Made by a program: the position numbers and the translations under genes. A DNA stretch of 58,478 nt, from NCBI GenBank assembly GCA_001795795.1, contig MGKV01000008.1, forward strand, positions 1 to 58,478, given 5' to 3'. Of the stretch, positions 32,872 through 41,647 are shown in pieces. This stretch comes from Candidatus Yanofskybacteria bacterium RIFCSPLOWO2_02_FULL_45_18. Lineage in GTDB: Bacteria; Patescibacteriota; Minisyncoccia; 2-02-FULL-40-12; GWA2-44-9. Position 1 is the stretch's first letter, and each line of letters starts with the position of its first letter. A model generated the notes under the pieces. It worked only from the letters and a program-made list of their open reading frames with translations, searched no databases and was not told the origin of the DNA.

Positions 32872-32924
32872 CTACTTTTTGATGCCGACCCAGATTGGCA
32901 TTTGCGGAGCGAGTTCAAGTTCTT
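32872..32924. repeat. 53-bp direct repeat, copy 2 (ileS stop codon plus last ~17 codons)
   Basis: Identical to 31470..31522. Confidence 0.95.
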
Positions 32925-35900
32925 TTTCCACATCATATTTCTTTTTGTCGTGAGGGCCGTTGATGAAATCGGAGAGCAGTGTGTCCCCCTCTATCATATC
33001 AGACCACTTCAAGATAGCGGCGGAGAGCTCTTTGCTGTCGCTGTGCCACTGGCAGTAAATTTTTTGGTCTAGCTTATATCCAGCTTCTTTACGCATATCC
33101 TGTATCTGGCGCATCAATTCGCGCGCATAACCCTCGGCGGCCAGTTCTGCCGTAACTTCCACATCTAATTCTACTAATGGTCTGGTCGCTTGTCGCTTGT
33201 CGCTGGTCGCATAGCTTATCCCCCTCACATTCAGTTCTTCCTTGATAAGTTCTTCCAAATCATTTTCCAGTTTATCGCTGGCTATCGCGGCGGATTTAAG
33301 TGGTTGGCGGACTTTTATCTGCTTTTCTTTTCTGATTGCCAGACCGGCCGTAATTATTTCCCTGATGTGGGACATTTTTTCTTCTAGTTTGATATTGCGG
33401 GTTTTCTTTTGCAGCTTCGGCCAGTCATGGAGATGGATGCTTTCGGTTGAGGGTTTCGCGCCAATATGCAGGCGCGTATGAATATCTTCGGCCGTGAAAG
33501 GAATAAACGGTGCGAGGATTTTAGCTAGTTCCAGAAGCAATACCCGCAAAAGCGGCAGGGCCTCTTTGCGTTTGCGCGAACGGCGTAGCCACCACTGGGA
33601 GAAGTCATCAACGACAAATTTCTCTATGGCCCGCGAAGCGGTTGTGGGATCATATGCGTCCAGTTTTTCAGTTACTTCCGACAGTAACTCTTGGAATCGC
33701 GAGATAATCCACTTATCCAGCAAATTTTTCACTGCTCCCAAGTTCTCGGAGGTAATTTCCGTCTTGTCGCTTGTCGCTTGTCGCTTGTCGCCAGATTGAT
33801 ACAATTCATAAAACCTGACGCAATTTTCCAGCGTCATGGTAAAACCCTTGAGTTGTTCCCGCGCGGCTTGAATGGAGATGGATTTGAAATCGCCCGGTTC
33901 ATTCAGCGTGTAAAGATACCAGCGGGTGGCATCTGCGCCGACTTGGTCCATGATTTCATCAGGCGTGATGACATTGCCGATGGACTTTGACATTTTTTTG
34001 CCTTTTTCATCCAAAGCCAATCCGAGAGCCATCACATTTTTATAAGGCGCGTCTTTTCCAAGGAGCGTTGAGACGGCAAGAAGCGTATAGAACCAGCCAC
34101 GGGTCTGGTCAATGCCTTCCACGATGAAATCCGCCGGAAATTGTTTCTTGAATATGTCTTTGTTCTCAAACGGCCAATGCCATTGGGCGTAAGGCATAGC
34201 GCCGGAATCAAACCAAACGTCGGCTATGTCGGGTATTCTTTTCATTTCCGCCCGGCATTTGCCGCATCTTAAGACGATGCTGTCAATATAGGGACGATGA
34301 AGGTCAAGTTCGCCCAGCTCATTGCGGGGAATCTGAATCCAGCTGAGTTTTTTCAGTTCCGCAAAAGACGGATACCAATCCTCTCCCCTCTCTCTGCGAG
34401 CCAGCACCTCGTTATCGGTTCTGCCTTCAGCTATCTGGGCAAGAAGCCAAAGCGGGTCGCCGTGGCTGACGATGAGGATCTTTTTATTGTGGTAAGTTGA
34501 TTCAATCTCCTGCATAAAATCCATTATTCTTTGGCGAACGTCGTTCCAGCTCTCCCCTCCGTCCTCCTTGAATTCAAAATTCTTTTTCACATCTTTGAAC
34601 GGACAGGCGCTGTGCTTTTTGCCCTCGCAGGCAAAACCATGGCGAATTTCAGTCAATCGGTTATCAATCTTCGCTTCCCGATGGAGCATTTTACCCGCGA
34701 TTTCGGCAGTTTCCCGCGTGCGCAAAAACGGAGAGCAGTAAATGGCGTCAACGTTTTCACCGCGGGCAAAGTTGCCGACAGCGTTTTCAACAATCATTTT
34801 CCCCTCGGTTGTCAGGTGATACCCGTCGCTATTTTTTTCGGAATTAATGATAATGTCATTTTTCTCGTCGCGCTCGCTAATGCCATGGCGCATGAGATAA
34901 TATGTATTTTTGCGCCCGACCGCCTGTTTGGCTATTTCTTTAACCGCTCCGACTGTTCTGGCATGGCCGCATTTTACGCACTGCCAAATCGGAAGTGGCG
35001 TGCCCCAATAGCGTTCTCGCGATATTGCCCAGTCCTTAAGTTCTTTCAGCCATTGTCCAAAGCGCCCCTCCTTTATGTGGGCGGGCACCCAGTTTATTTT
35101 TCCGTTATTTGTAATCAACTCATCTTTGACGGCGGTGGTTTTAATGAACCATGAGTTTTTGGCGTAATAAAGCAAAGCCGTTCCGCAGCGCCAGCAAAAA
35201 GGATACTCATGCTCGTATGGCTCTACCTTGAAAAGATTGCCGTTCGCCCGAAGATGATCCAGTATTTTTTCTTCTGTTTCCGCGTTTTTAACGTAAAGAC
35301 CATCAAAACCGCCACCCACTCCGGTGAACCGCCCGCCCTCGTCTACTGTGTGGATCTTCGGCAATCCGACCGCCGTTCCCAGCTTATAGTCGTCATCGCC
35401 GTACATCACCGCCGTATGGACGATACCCGTTCCTTCGGAAGTTGAAACGAAGTCGGCGGCATAGACCTTGTGTGACTGCGGCGATTTAAACGCTTCAACG
35501 TCAAACAGCGACTCATATTCTAGACCGATCAGATCAGAACCGGAAATAGTATTATGTATTATGTATTCCGTATTAAGGACTTTGGAAACCAGCTCCTCCG
35601 CCAAAATATATCTCTCGTCTTTACCCTTGATACTTACTACCTGATACTTAATACTCTCTCCGACTGCGAGAGCCACGTTGCCCGGCAATGTCCACGGCGT
35701 TGTTGTCCAAGCCAATAAATAAACGTCCCCTTCCGAAACTTTGCGCTTTGCGCTTTGAACTTTAAACTTAATTATGGCCGATATATCGGTTATGGTGCGA
35801 TATCCTTGCGCAACTTCGTGAGATGAAAGAGCCGTGCCACAGCGAGTGCAAAAAGGCACGACCTTGTGGGCGTGGTAGAAAAGTTTTTTATCCCATATTT

Positions 35901-36378
35901 TTTTGAATATCCGCCAAAGCGACTCAATGTATGGGTTCTCGTAAGTCACGTAAGGATGGCCCATATCTATCCAGAAGCCCATTCGTTCGGTCATTTCTTC
36001 CCACTCTTTTTTGTATTTCCAAACGCTTTCTTTGGCTTTTTTGTTGAATTCTGCGATTCCGTACTCTTCAATGTCTTTCTTGCTTTTGAATCCCAGCTGT
36101 TTTTCCACTTCAAGCTCAACCGGCAAGCCGTGGGTATCCCAGCCGGCTTTTCTTAATACAAAAAATCCCCGCATGGTTTTGTAGCGTCCATAGAGGTCTT
36201 TGTATATTCGGGTCAAAAAATGGCCGATATGGGGCAGGCCGTTCGCGGTGGGCGGCCCCTCAAAGAAAACAAATCTTTTCTTGCCGCGCCTTTGCTCCAG
36301 ACTCTTTTGGAAAATCTTTCCTTTCTCCCAAAAATCCAGTATTTCCTTCTCTTTTTTTTGAAAATCAAGGGTTGCCAT
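32872..36378 (-). CDS. ileS: Isoleucine--tRNA ligase (type 2) with an inserted histidine-phosphatase domain
   Basis: 1168 aa. PPTANGLPHIGH (HIGH), KMSKS, CP1 editing domain (WTTTPWTLPGN). Extra block at about residues 489-688 (nt 34315-34914). Confidence 0.95.
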   Translation of the reverse strand: MATLDFQKKEKEILDFWEKGKIFQKSLEQRRGKKRFVFFEGPPTANGLPHIGHFLTRIYKDLYGRYKTMRGFFVLRKAGWDTHGLPVELEVEKQLGFKSKKDIEEYGIAEFNKKAKESVWKYKKEWEEMTERMGFWIDMGHPYVTYENPYIESLWRIFKKIWDKKLFYHAHKVVPFCTRCGTALSSHEVAQGYRTITDISAIIKFKVQSAKRKVSEGDVYLLAWTTTPWTLPGNVALAVGESIKYQVVSIKGKDERYILAEELVSKVLNTEYIIHNTISGSDLIGLEYESLFDVEAFKSPQSHKVYAADFVSTSEGTGIVHTAVMYGDDDYKLGTAVGLPKIHTVDEGGRFTGVGGGFDGLYVKNAETEEKILDHLRANGNLFKVEPYEHEYPFCWRCGTALLYYAKNSWFIKTTAVKDELITNNGKINWVPAHIKEGRFGQWLKELKDWAISRERYWGTPLPIWQCVKCGHARTVGAVKEIAKQAVGRKNTYYLMRHGISERDEKNDIIINSEKNSDGYHLTTEGKMIVENAVGNFARGENVDAIYCSPFLRTRETAEIAGKMLHREAKIDNRLTEIRHGFACEGKKHSACPFKDVKKNFEFKEDGGESWNDVRQRIMDFMQEIESTYHNKKILIVSHGDPLWLLAQIAEGRTDNEVLARRERGEDWYPSFAELKKLSWIQIPRNELGELDLHRPYIDSIVLRCGKCRAEMKRIPDIADVWFDSGAMPYAQWHWPFENKDIFKKQFPADFIVEGIDQTRGWFYTLLAVSTLLGKDAPYKNVMALGLALDEKGKKMSKSIGNVITPDEIMDQVGADATRWYLYTLNEPGDFKSISIQAAREQLKGFTMTLENCVRFYELYQSGDKRQATSDKTEITSENLGAVKNLLDKWIISRFQELLSEVTEKLDAYDPTTASRAIEKFVVDDFSQWWLRRSRKRKEALPLLRVLLLELAKILAPFIPFTAEDIHTRLHIGAKPSTESIHLHDWPKLQKKTRNIKLEEKMSHIREIITAGLAIRKEKQIKVRQPLKSAAIASDKLENDLEELIKEELNVRGISYATSDKRQATRPLVELDVEVTAELAAEGYARELMRQIQDMRKEAGYKLDQKIYCQWHSDSKELSAAILKWSDMIEGDTLLSDFINGPHDKKKYDVEKELELAPQMPIWVGIKK
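33183..33210. repeat. 7-nt-period tandem array inside ileS (CGACAAG family)
   Basis: TGGTCGC TTGTCGC TTGTCGC TGGTCGC. Encodes ATSDKRQATRP. Confidence 0.8.
33763..33790. repeat. 7-nt-period tandem array inside ileS (4 perfect CTTGTCG units)
   Basis: CTTGTCG x4. Encodes GDKRQATSDKT. Confidence 0.85.
34315..34914 (-). other. Histidine phosphatase (PGAM/His_Phos_1-like) domain inserted in ileS
   Basis: YLMRHGISE (RHG), LTTEGKMIVENAV...VDAIYCSPFLRTRETAEI, LTEIRHG, GESWNDVRQRI, ILIVSHGDP. Confidence 0.75.
35737..35771. repeat. 7-nt-period tandem array inside ileS (GCGCAAA family, opposite orientation)
   Basis: AACTTTG CGCTTTG CGCTTTG AACTTTA AACTTAA. Encodes KFKVQSAKRKVS. Confidence 0.8.
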
Positions 36379-36385
36379 AATGCTG

Positions 36386-36420
36386 GCCTAATGCCTAAAG
36401 CCTAGCGCCTAGGGCTTGAC
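36386..36420. repeat. 7-nt-period tandem array directly upstream of the ileS start (GCCTANN family)
   Basis: GCCTAAT GCCTAAA GCCTAGC GCCTAGG GCTTGAC. Confidence 0.8.
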
Positions 36421-36508
36421 CAGTATGCGGATTATACCGATTTTAACGCCCTAAAGCAATTCCCGCCTTTAAAAAAAATGATTTAAATGCTATGTTGTGT
36501 AAAATATT

Positions 36509-36910
36509 ATGCGCATCAGAACAAATGTCATTATTCTGGGAATCCTTTTTATTTCTGCCTATGCCGGCAATTATTTAGGTTTGGGCGACCGTTTTTGGTG
36601 GCTTGACGTGGCACTTCACTTTTTAGGCGGGTTTTTCATTGCCGTACTGATTCGCGAGTATTACAAAAGCCATCTGGAGAAGATGGCCAAACCAGTCAGG
36701 ATATTATTTTTGGTTGCCAGCGTAGCATTGGTGGGCCTCTTGTGGGAGTTTTACGAATATCTGGTTTGGACTTTTTTTGACAGATTTCCGCAATGGGACC
36801 TCTTCAACATAGGTTTTGATTTGCCTGATTATTTTGACGCTCTTTCGGATTTACTTATGGACCTTTTGGGCACCATAGCATTGGTTTTACTAAATAAAAA
36901 GTCAGATTAA
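36509..36910 (+). CDS. Hypothetical membrane protein
   Basis: 133 aa with four predicted TM helices. No family recognised. Confidence 0.5.
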   Translation: MRIRTNVIILGILFISAYAGNYLGLGDRFWWLDVALHFLGGFFIAVLIREYYKSHLEKMAKPVRILFLVASVALVGLLWEFYEYLVWTFFDRFPQWDLFNIGFDLPDYFDALSDLLMDLLGTIALVLLNKKSD

Positions 36911-37464
36911 AACCTCCTGTTCCTTTCCGTCTTTATGTAAAATCTCCACAACCGGTCTTTCCACTTGCCGGCGTAATCAACTCCGATGCGCTTGCCGTAC
37001 TTGATGACGCGTCTCGGCACTTTAATTCCCCGAGCTTCTATCCACAGACGGCTGTTGCCAATAGGCAGTCCGTTAAGCCGCCGGTCTATTCGCAGGACGC
37101 GGCACAGCTTCCCCGGACCGTTGAGATGGGCACTAGGTGCTAGGTTGTTAGACGTTAGGATGACGGAACGGATGAGGACAGCGGCGGGAAATCTCTTGCG
37201 CCCGGTGACAAAATTAAGGCAATGATATATGCCGTAGATCATGTATACATAGATGTATCCCGGTGGGCCGAACATTATTTTTGTTCGCGGCGTCAGGCCG
37301 CGCGATGCGTGGCTGGCTCTGTCATGCGGGCCGTGATAAGCCTCTGTTTCGGTTATCATGGCAAAAACGATCTTCCGACCGATTTTCCGCACCAGAAACT
37401 TGCCAAGCAGATCTTTTGCCACGATTGCGGTGTTGCGATTGAAAAATTTTTTTGTAAGCCGCAT
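36907..37464 (-). CDS. mpg: DNA-3-methyladenine glycosylase (MPG/AAG family)
   Basis: ITETEAYHGPHDRASHASRG and MFGPPGYIYVYMIYGIYHCLNFVTG. Confidence 0.88.
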   Translation of the reverse strand: MRLTKKFFNRNTAIVAKDLLGKFLVRKIGRKIVFAMITETEAYHGPHDRASHASRGLTPRTKIMFGPPGYIYVYMIYGIYHCLNFVTGRKRFPAAVLIRSVILTSNNLAPSAHLNGPGKLCRVLRIDRRLNGLPIGNSRLWIEARGIKVPRRVIKYGKRIGVDYAGKWKDRLWRFYIKTERNRRF

Positions 37465-37489
37465 AATAGATACAGTTTAAATTAAATTA

Positions 37490-37552
37490 GCGACTGACAA
37501 CTGACAACCAACAACCATGTTGTGCGTTGTGAGTCGTTAGTTGTAAGTTTCC
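37490..37552. repeat. 7-nt-period array forming an imperfect palindrome between mpg and htrA
   Basis: GCGACTG ACAACTG ACAACCA ACAACCA | TGTTGTG CGTTGTG AGTCGTT AGTTGTA AGTTTCC. Confidence 0.75.
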
Positions 37553-37554
37553 AA

Positions 37555-38589
37555 ATGACCCCTCACGACTATGACAAATTAACAGTGGAGTCGGTAAAAA
37601 AGATCCTGCCGTCGGTGGTAAGTATTGTTATATCAAAACATTTGCCCAAGGGAAACGCCTTGTTTCAGATGCCCTTTTTGAGCCCTTTTGTTCCCATGGA
37701 ATCTGATGGCAAAGGCGGCGAAGCAGTAAAAATTGGCGGAGGTTCTGGCGTTGTTGTCCATTCCAGCGGACTGATACTTACCAATAAGCATGTTGTTTTT
37801 GATCCCGATTCGGAATATACGGTCATTTTGAGCAACGGCAAGGAATATCCGGGCAAGGTTTTGTCGCGCGATCCGATCAACGATATTGCCGTTCTTAAGA
37901 TTGATGCCAAAGAGTTGCTGGCGGCGGAGTTGGGCAACTCTTCGAGCCTTGATCTAGGGCAGACGGTCATTGCTATCGGCAACGCGCTGGGGATGTTTTC
38001 CAATTCTGTTTCGCGTGGCATTGTTTCGGGGCTTTCCCGCAGTATCTCAGCTTCTTTGGGGACGGGAGAAGAAACCGAAGAGCTGAGGGGGGTTATCCAA
38101 ACGGATGTTGCCATTAATCAAGGCAACTCCGGCGGGCCGTTGATTGATCTTGGGGGCAAGATCGTCGGCATTAATACGGCGGTTATTTTCGGCGCGCAAA
38201 ATATCGGCTTTGCCATCCCCGTTAACTGGGCCAAGGATGACCTCAAGGATATTGTTGAACACGGCCGCATAATTAAGCCCTATCTCGGCCTTCAATTTAT
38301 TATGCTAACCAAAGAAATGAGCAAGAAATACAATTTGGCGGTAGATTATGGGGCATTGGTAATGAAAGACCACGTTCCCAATTCAGTGGCAGTTGTTCCT
38401 CACTCTCCCGCCCACAAGGCCGGTGTAAGGGAAAATGACATAATCTTGGCTCTTAACGATGAGGACCTGAAGGGTAAGGATTTGCGTGATTTACTGCAAA
38501 AGTGTGAAGTCGGGCAAGAAATCGAACTAACTATTTTGCGGGGTAAAGATAAAATTAAAGTTAAAGCCAAGCTGGAAGAAAGAAAATGA
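37555..38589 (+). CDS. HtrA/DegP-family serine protease with PDZ domain
   Basis: TNKHVV, D.AVLKI and GNSGGPL catalytic triad context, with a C-terminal PDZ domain. Start set at the ATG after the repeat array. Confidence 0.88.
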   Translation: MTPHDYDKLTVESVKKILPSVVSIVISKHLPKGNALFQMPFLSPFVPMESDGKGGEAVKIGGGSGVVVHSSGLILTNKHVVFDPDSEYTVILSNGKEYPGKVLSRDPINDIAVLKIDAKELLAAELGNSSSLDLGQTVIAIGNALGMFSNSVSRGIVSGLSRSISASLGTGEETEELRGVIQTDVAINQGNSGGPLIDLGGKIVGINTAVIFGAQNIGFAIPVNWAKDDLKDIVEHGRIIKPYLGLQFIMLTKEMSKKYNLAVDYGALVMKDHVPNSVAVVPHSPAHKAGVRENDIILALNDEDLKGKDLRDLLQKCEVGQEIELTILRGKDKIKVKAKLEERK

Positions 38590-38590
38590 T

Positions 38591-39034
38591 ATGGCCGAAT
38601 ACGCTTCCAATTCGCGAGCCGGTTTTGACTATGAGATATTAGAAACCCTAGAGGCGGGATTAGCGCTGAAGGGTTATGAGGTTAAATCAATCAAGACGGG
38701 GAAAGTGTCTTTGCGCGGGTCATATGTAAAAATAATCAACGGCGAGCCGACGCTGATAGGCGCAACAATTTCTCCGTATCAGGCTCAGAATACGCCGTCC
38801 GATTACGATCCCCAGTCTTCCCGCAAACTCCTCTTGTCAAGAAAACAAATTGCCACATTGATCGGCCTCTCCCAAGCTCACGGACTGACTCTTATACCGC
38901 TCAAGCTTTATGACAAGCGCGGTTTAATTAAGTTACTGGTTGGCGTGGCTAAGGGCAAGAAAAAATACGACAAGCGGGAAGCAATAAAAAAACGCGAGTT
39001 TGAACGCCGCGTTTTGCATGGACAGGAGGAGTGA
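38591..39034 (+). CDS. smpB: SsrA-binding protein
   Basis: 147 aa. FDYEILETLEAGLALKGYEVKSIK. Confidence 0.93.
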   Translation: MAEYASNSRAGFDYEILETLEAGLALKGYEVKSIKTGKVSLRGSYVKIINGEPTLIGATISPYQAQNTPSDYDPQSSRKLLLSRKQIATLIGLSQAHGLTLIPLKLYDKRGLIKLLVGVAKGKKKYDKREAIKKREFERRVLHGQEE

Positions 39035-39041
39035 CCTGCTG

Positions 39042-39248
39042 TCAGTTGCCGTAAACTTTTGCTATCCCGAGTCGTTCACGCAGAGTTTGTTCGATTTCTT
39101 TAATCTGTTCTTCGGAGTAATTTCCGGAACTGCGCAAACCTTTCAGTACGGACCCAACGACGCTGTTTGCATTTTCAATGTTTTGGAGTTTTTTTAATTG
39201 CTTGTTTTCCGGCGACTCTATCTTGGATGGAATTTCTTTGTTTTTCAT
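39042..39248 (-). CDS. Hypothetical small protein
   Basis: 68-aa ORF in a gap between convergent and divergent genes. No family recognised. Confidence 0.35.
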   Translation of the reverse strand: MKNKEIPSKIESPENKQLKKLQNIENANSVVGSVLKGLRSSGNYSEEQIKEIEQTLRERLGIAKVYGN

Positions 39249-39307
39249 AATTATTCCAGTATATATTTCCTGTTTGAGTTGTCAATTTTATTATATAATG
39301 ACAAAAC

Positions 39308-41647
39308 ATGAATGAGGACGTTGAGAAAATAAAAAAATATGTGCGGGCGGCAAATTATATCACCGCCGCCCAGATATACCTTAAGGATAATTTTTTGCTT
39401 GAACGCAAGCTGTCGTTTGACGACATCAAGCCGCGTCTTTTGGGTCATTGGGGCACCTGTCCGGGTATAAATTTTATTTATGCCAACTTAAATTACCTCG
39501 TCACAAAACACCGGCTGGATATGATGTTTGTTCTTGGCCCGGGCCACGGTTTTCCGGCGCTTCAAGCCAATTTATTTATGGAAGGTACATTGGGTAAGTT
39601 CTATCCAAATGCCAGCCAGAACGAAGCCGGTCTGGGTTATGTTTGCAAGAATTTCAGCTGGCCGGGCGGATTCCCCAGCCATTCCAACCCGGGAACGCCG
39701 GGAGTGATCCTTGAAGGCGGAGAGTTGGGTTATGCTCTCTCAACTTCTTACGGTGCTGTGCTGGATAATCCGGACTTAATTGTGGCTTGTATGATTGGCG
39801 ACGGCGAAGCCGAAACCGGCCCCACTGCCACGGCTTGGCATCTGAACAAATTCATCAATCCAGCGAGCAGTGGCGCTGTTCTGCCGATTTTGCACCTCAA
39901 CGGCTACAAAATTTCGGGGCCGACAATTTTGGGGCGCATGTCCAATCGCGAACTGAAAGCGCTTTTTACTGGCTATGGCTATAAGCCGTATATTGTGGAG
40001 GGCAAAAATGTCTATGAAAAAATGCCTGCCGCGCTGGAAGAATGCTATCAACTGATAAAAACAATCCAGAGTAATGCTCGCGGCGGCGATACTCCCAGTC
40101 TGCTACCGATGCCGATGATTATTCTTAAAACCCCCAAAGGGTGGACCGGCATTAAAAAACTGAACGGCAAAAAAATTGAGGACAATTTTGCTTCGCATCA
40201 GGTGGTAGCGCCCAATGCCAAGACCGAACGGGCGGAACTTCGGGCGGTTGAAAAATGGCTCCGCTCCTACAAGATTGAAGAACTTTTTGACAAAGACGGC
40301 GGTCTTGCCACGGATGTAAGAGAATTAATTCCGGAACCGGGCTATTGTTTAGGAGAGAATAAGCATACGCTTGGCGGACCGGTTTCTAAAGATTTAGTCC
40401 TGCCTCCGGCGGAAAAATTTGCCGAGGACGCTTCTCAACCCGGCATTATCGGTTCTTCCAGTATGCGCCGCTCCGGCCTTTATCTTAAAGAAGTTTTTCA
40501 GCTTAACGCCGAAAATAAAAATTTCCGTCTGATGTCGCCCGATGAAACATATTCCAACAAACTGGATGCAATTTTTGAGACAACCTCGCGGGCTTTTATG
40601 CTGCCGGTAAAAGAGTGGGATAAGGACTTAAGTCCGAACGGCCGAGTAATGGAGATGCTAAGCGAACACTCTCTGCAAGGCCTGATGCAGGGTTATGTTC
40701 TGACTGGCCGGCATGCCGTCTTCGCTTCCTATGAGGCGTTTATCCCGATTGTAACCAGTATGGTTGACCAGTATGCCAAATTTTTGAGCCAAGCCCGCGA
40801 GGTGACATGGCGCGGCGCCGTCCCCTCTCTTAATTATATTCTGACTTCATCCGGCTGGCGGCAGGAGCACAATGGTTTTTCGCACCAGAATCCTGGTTTT
40901 ATCAATGACATGCTCCAACGGCAGGGCAATTTTACAAAGGTCTACATGCCGCCCGACGGGAATAGCGCTTTGGCTGTGTTGAAAAAATGCCTTGAATCAA
41001 AGAATGGCATCAATGTCATTGTTGCCGGCAAGACACTTGAACCAAGATGGCTGACGCCGGAGCTGTCCCAGAAGGAACTTCAGCAGGGGTTGATGGTCTG
41101 GGATTTTGCCAGTGATGCTGAACCGGATGTTGTGGTTTCGGCCGCGGGCGATTATATGACCAAAGAGGCGTTGGCGGCGATTGACACAGTTAAAAAAGAC
41201 GCGCCCGAAATAAAAATAAGGTTTGTGAATATTATGGAACTTTCATCCTTGGGCATCGGAGCGGGCAAGCGTCAGGATATTGATTTTGACAACTATTTTA
41301 CTAGCGACAAACCGGTTATTTTTAATTTTCACGGTTATCCGGATACGCTGAAACAAAATCTTTTCCACCATTGCCACGGCCACCAGAGGTTTTTTGTCCA
41401 CGGCTATATTGAAAACGGTTCTACCACCACGCCTTTTGATATGCAAGTGCGCAACAAAACCAGCCGTTATCATCTAGCCATGGAGATTGTTGCTTCGGCC
41501 GCTGAAAAGAATGTTATCGGTTCCGAAAAAAGCAAGGCATTGATTGAACGATATGACGGTGTGTTGAAAAAACACGCGGAATATATAAAACAAAACGGGT
41601 TAGATATGCCGGAAATAGAAAATTGGACATTTTCGCTAAAAAAATGA
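39308..41647 (+). CDS. xfp: Xylulose-5-phosphate/fructose-6-phosphate phosphoketolase
   Basis: 779 aa. RLLGHWGTCPGINFIYANLN, GPGHG, and TPP-binding GDGEAETG. Confidence 0.93.
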   Translation: MNEDVEKIKKYVRAANYITAAQIYLKDNFLLERKLSFDDIKPRLLGHWGTCPGINFIYANLNYLVTKHRLDMMFVLGPGHGFPALQANLFMEGTLGKFYPNASQNEAGLGYVCKNFSWPGGFPSHSNPGTPGVILEGGELGYALSTSYGAVLDNPDLIVACMIGDGEAETGPTATAWHLNKFINPASSGAVLPILHLNGYKISGPTILGRMSNRELKALFTGYGYKPYIVEGKNVYEKMPAALEECYQLIKTIQSNARGGDTPSLLPMPMIILKTPKGWTGIKKLNGKKIEDNFASHQVVAPNAKTERAELRAVEKWLRSYKIEELFDKDGGLATDVRELIPEPGYCLGENKHTLGGPVSKDLVLPPAEKFAEDASQPGIIGSSSMRRSGLYLKEVFQLNAENKNFRLMSPDETYSNKLDAIFETTSRAFMLPVKEWDKDLSPNGRVMEMLSEHSLQGLMQGYVLTGRHAVFASYEAFIPIVTSMVDQYAKFLSQAREVTWRGAVPSLNYILTSSGWRQEHNGFSHQNPGFINDMLQRQGNFTKVYMPPDGNSALAVLKKCLESKNGINVIVAGKTLEPRWLTPELSQKELQQGLMVWDFASDAEPDVVVSAAGDYMTKEALAAIDTVKKDAPEIKIRFVNIMELSSLGIGAGKRQDIDFDNYFTSDKPVIFNFHGYPDTLKQNLFHHCHGHQRFFVHGYIENGSTTTPFDMQVRNKTSRYHLAMEIVASAAEKNVIGSEKSKALIERYDGVLKKHAEYIKQNGLDMPEIENWTFSLKK

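Noticed and set aside
39035-39307. tmRNA (ssrA) expected next to smpB.
   Set aside because: There is no tRNA-Ala-like acceptor/T-arm, GGGGC 5' end or tag reading frame in the flanks of smpB. The gap holds only a small ORF and a promoter-like AT-rich stretch.
38587-41647. Alternative genetic code (UGA recoding, as in some CPR lineages).
   Set aside because: htrA, smpB and xfp all end at TGA exactly where homologues end. I saw no conserved gene with an in-frame TGA. The standard bacterial code fits.
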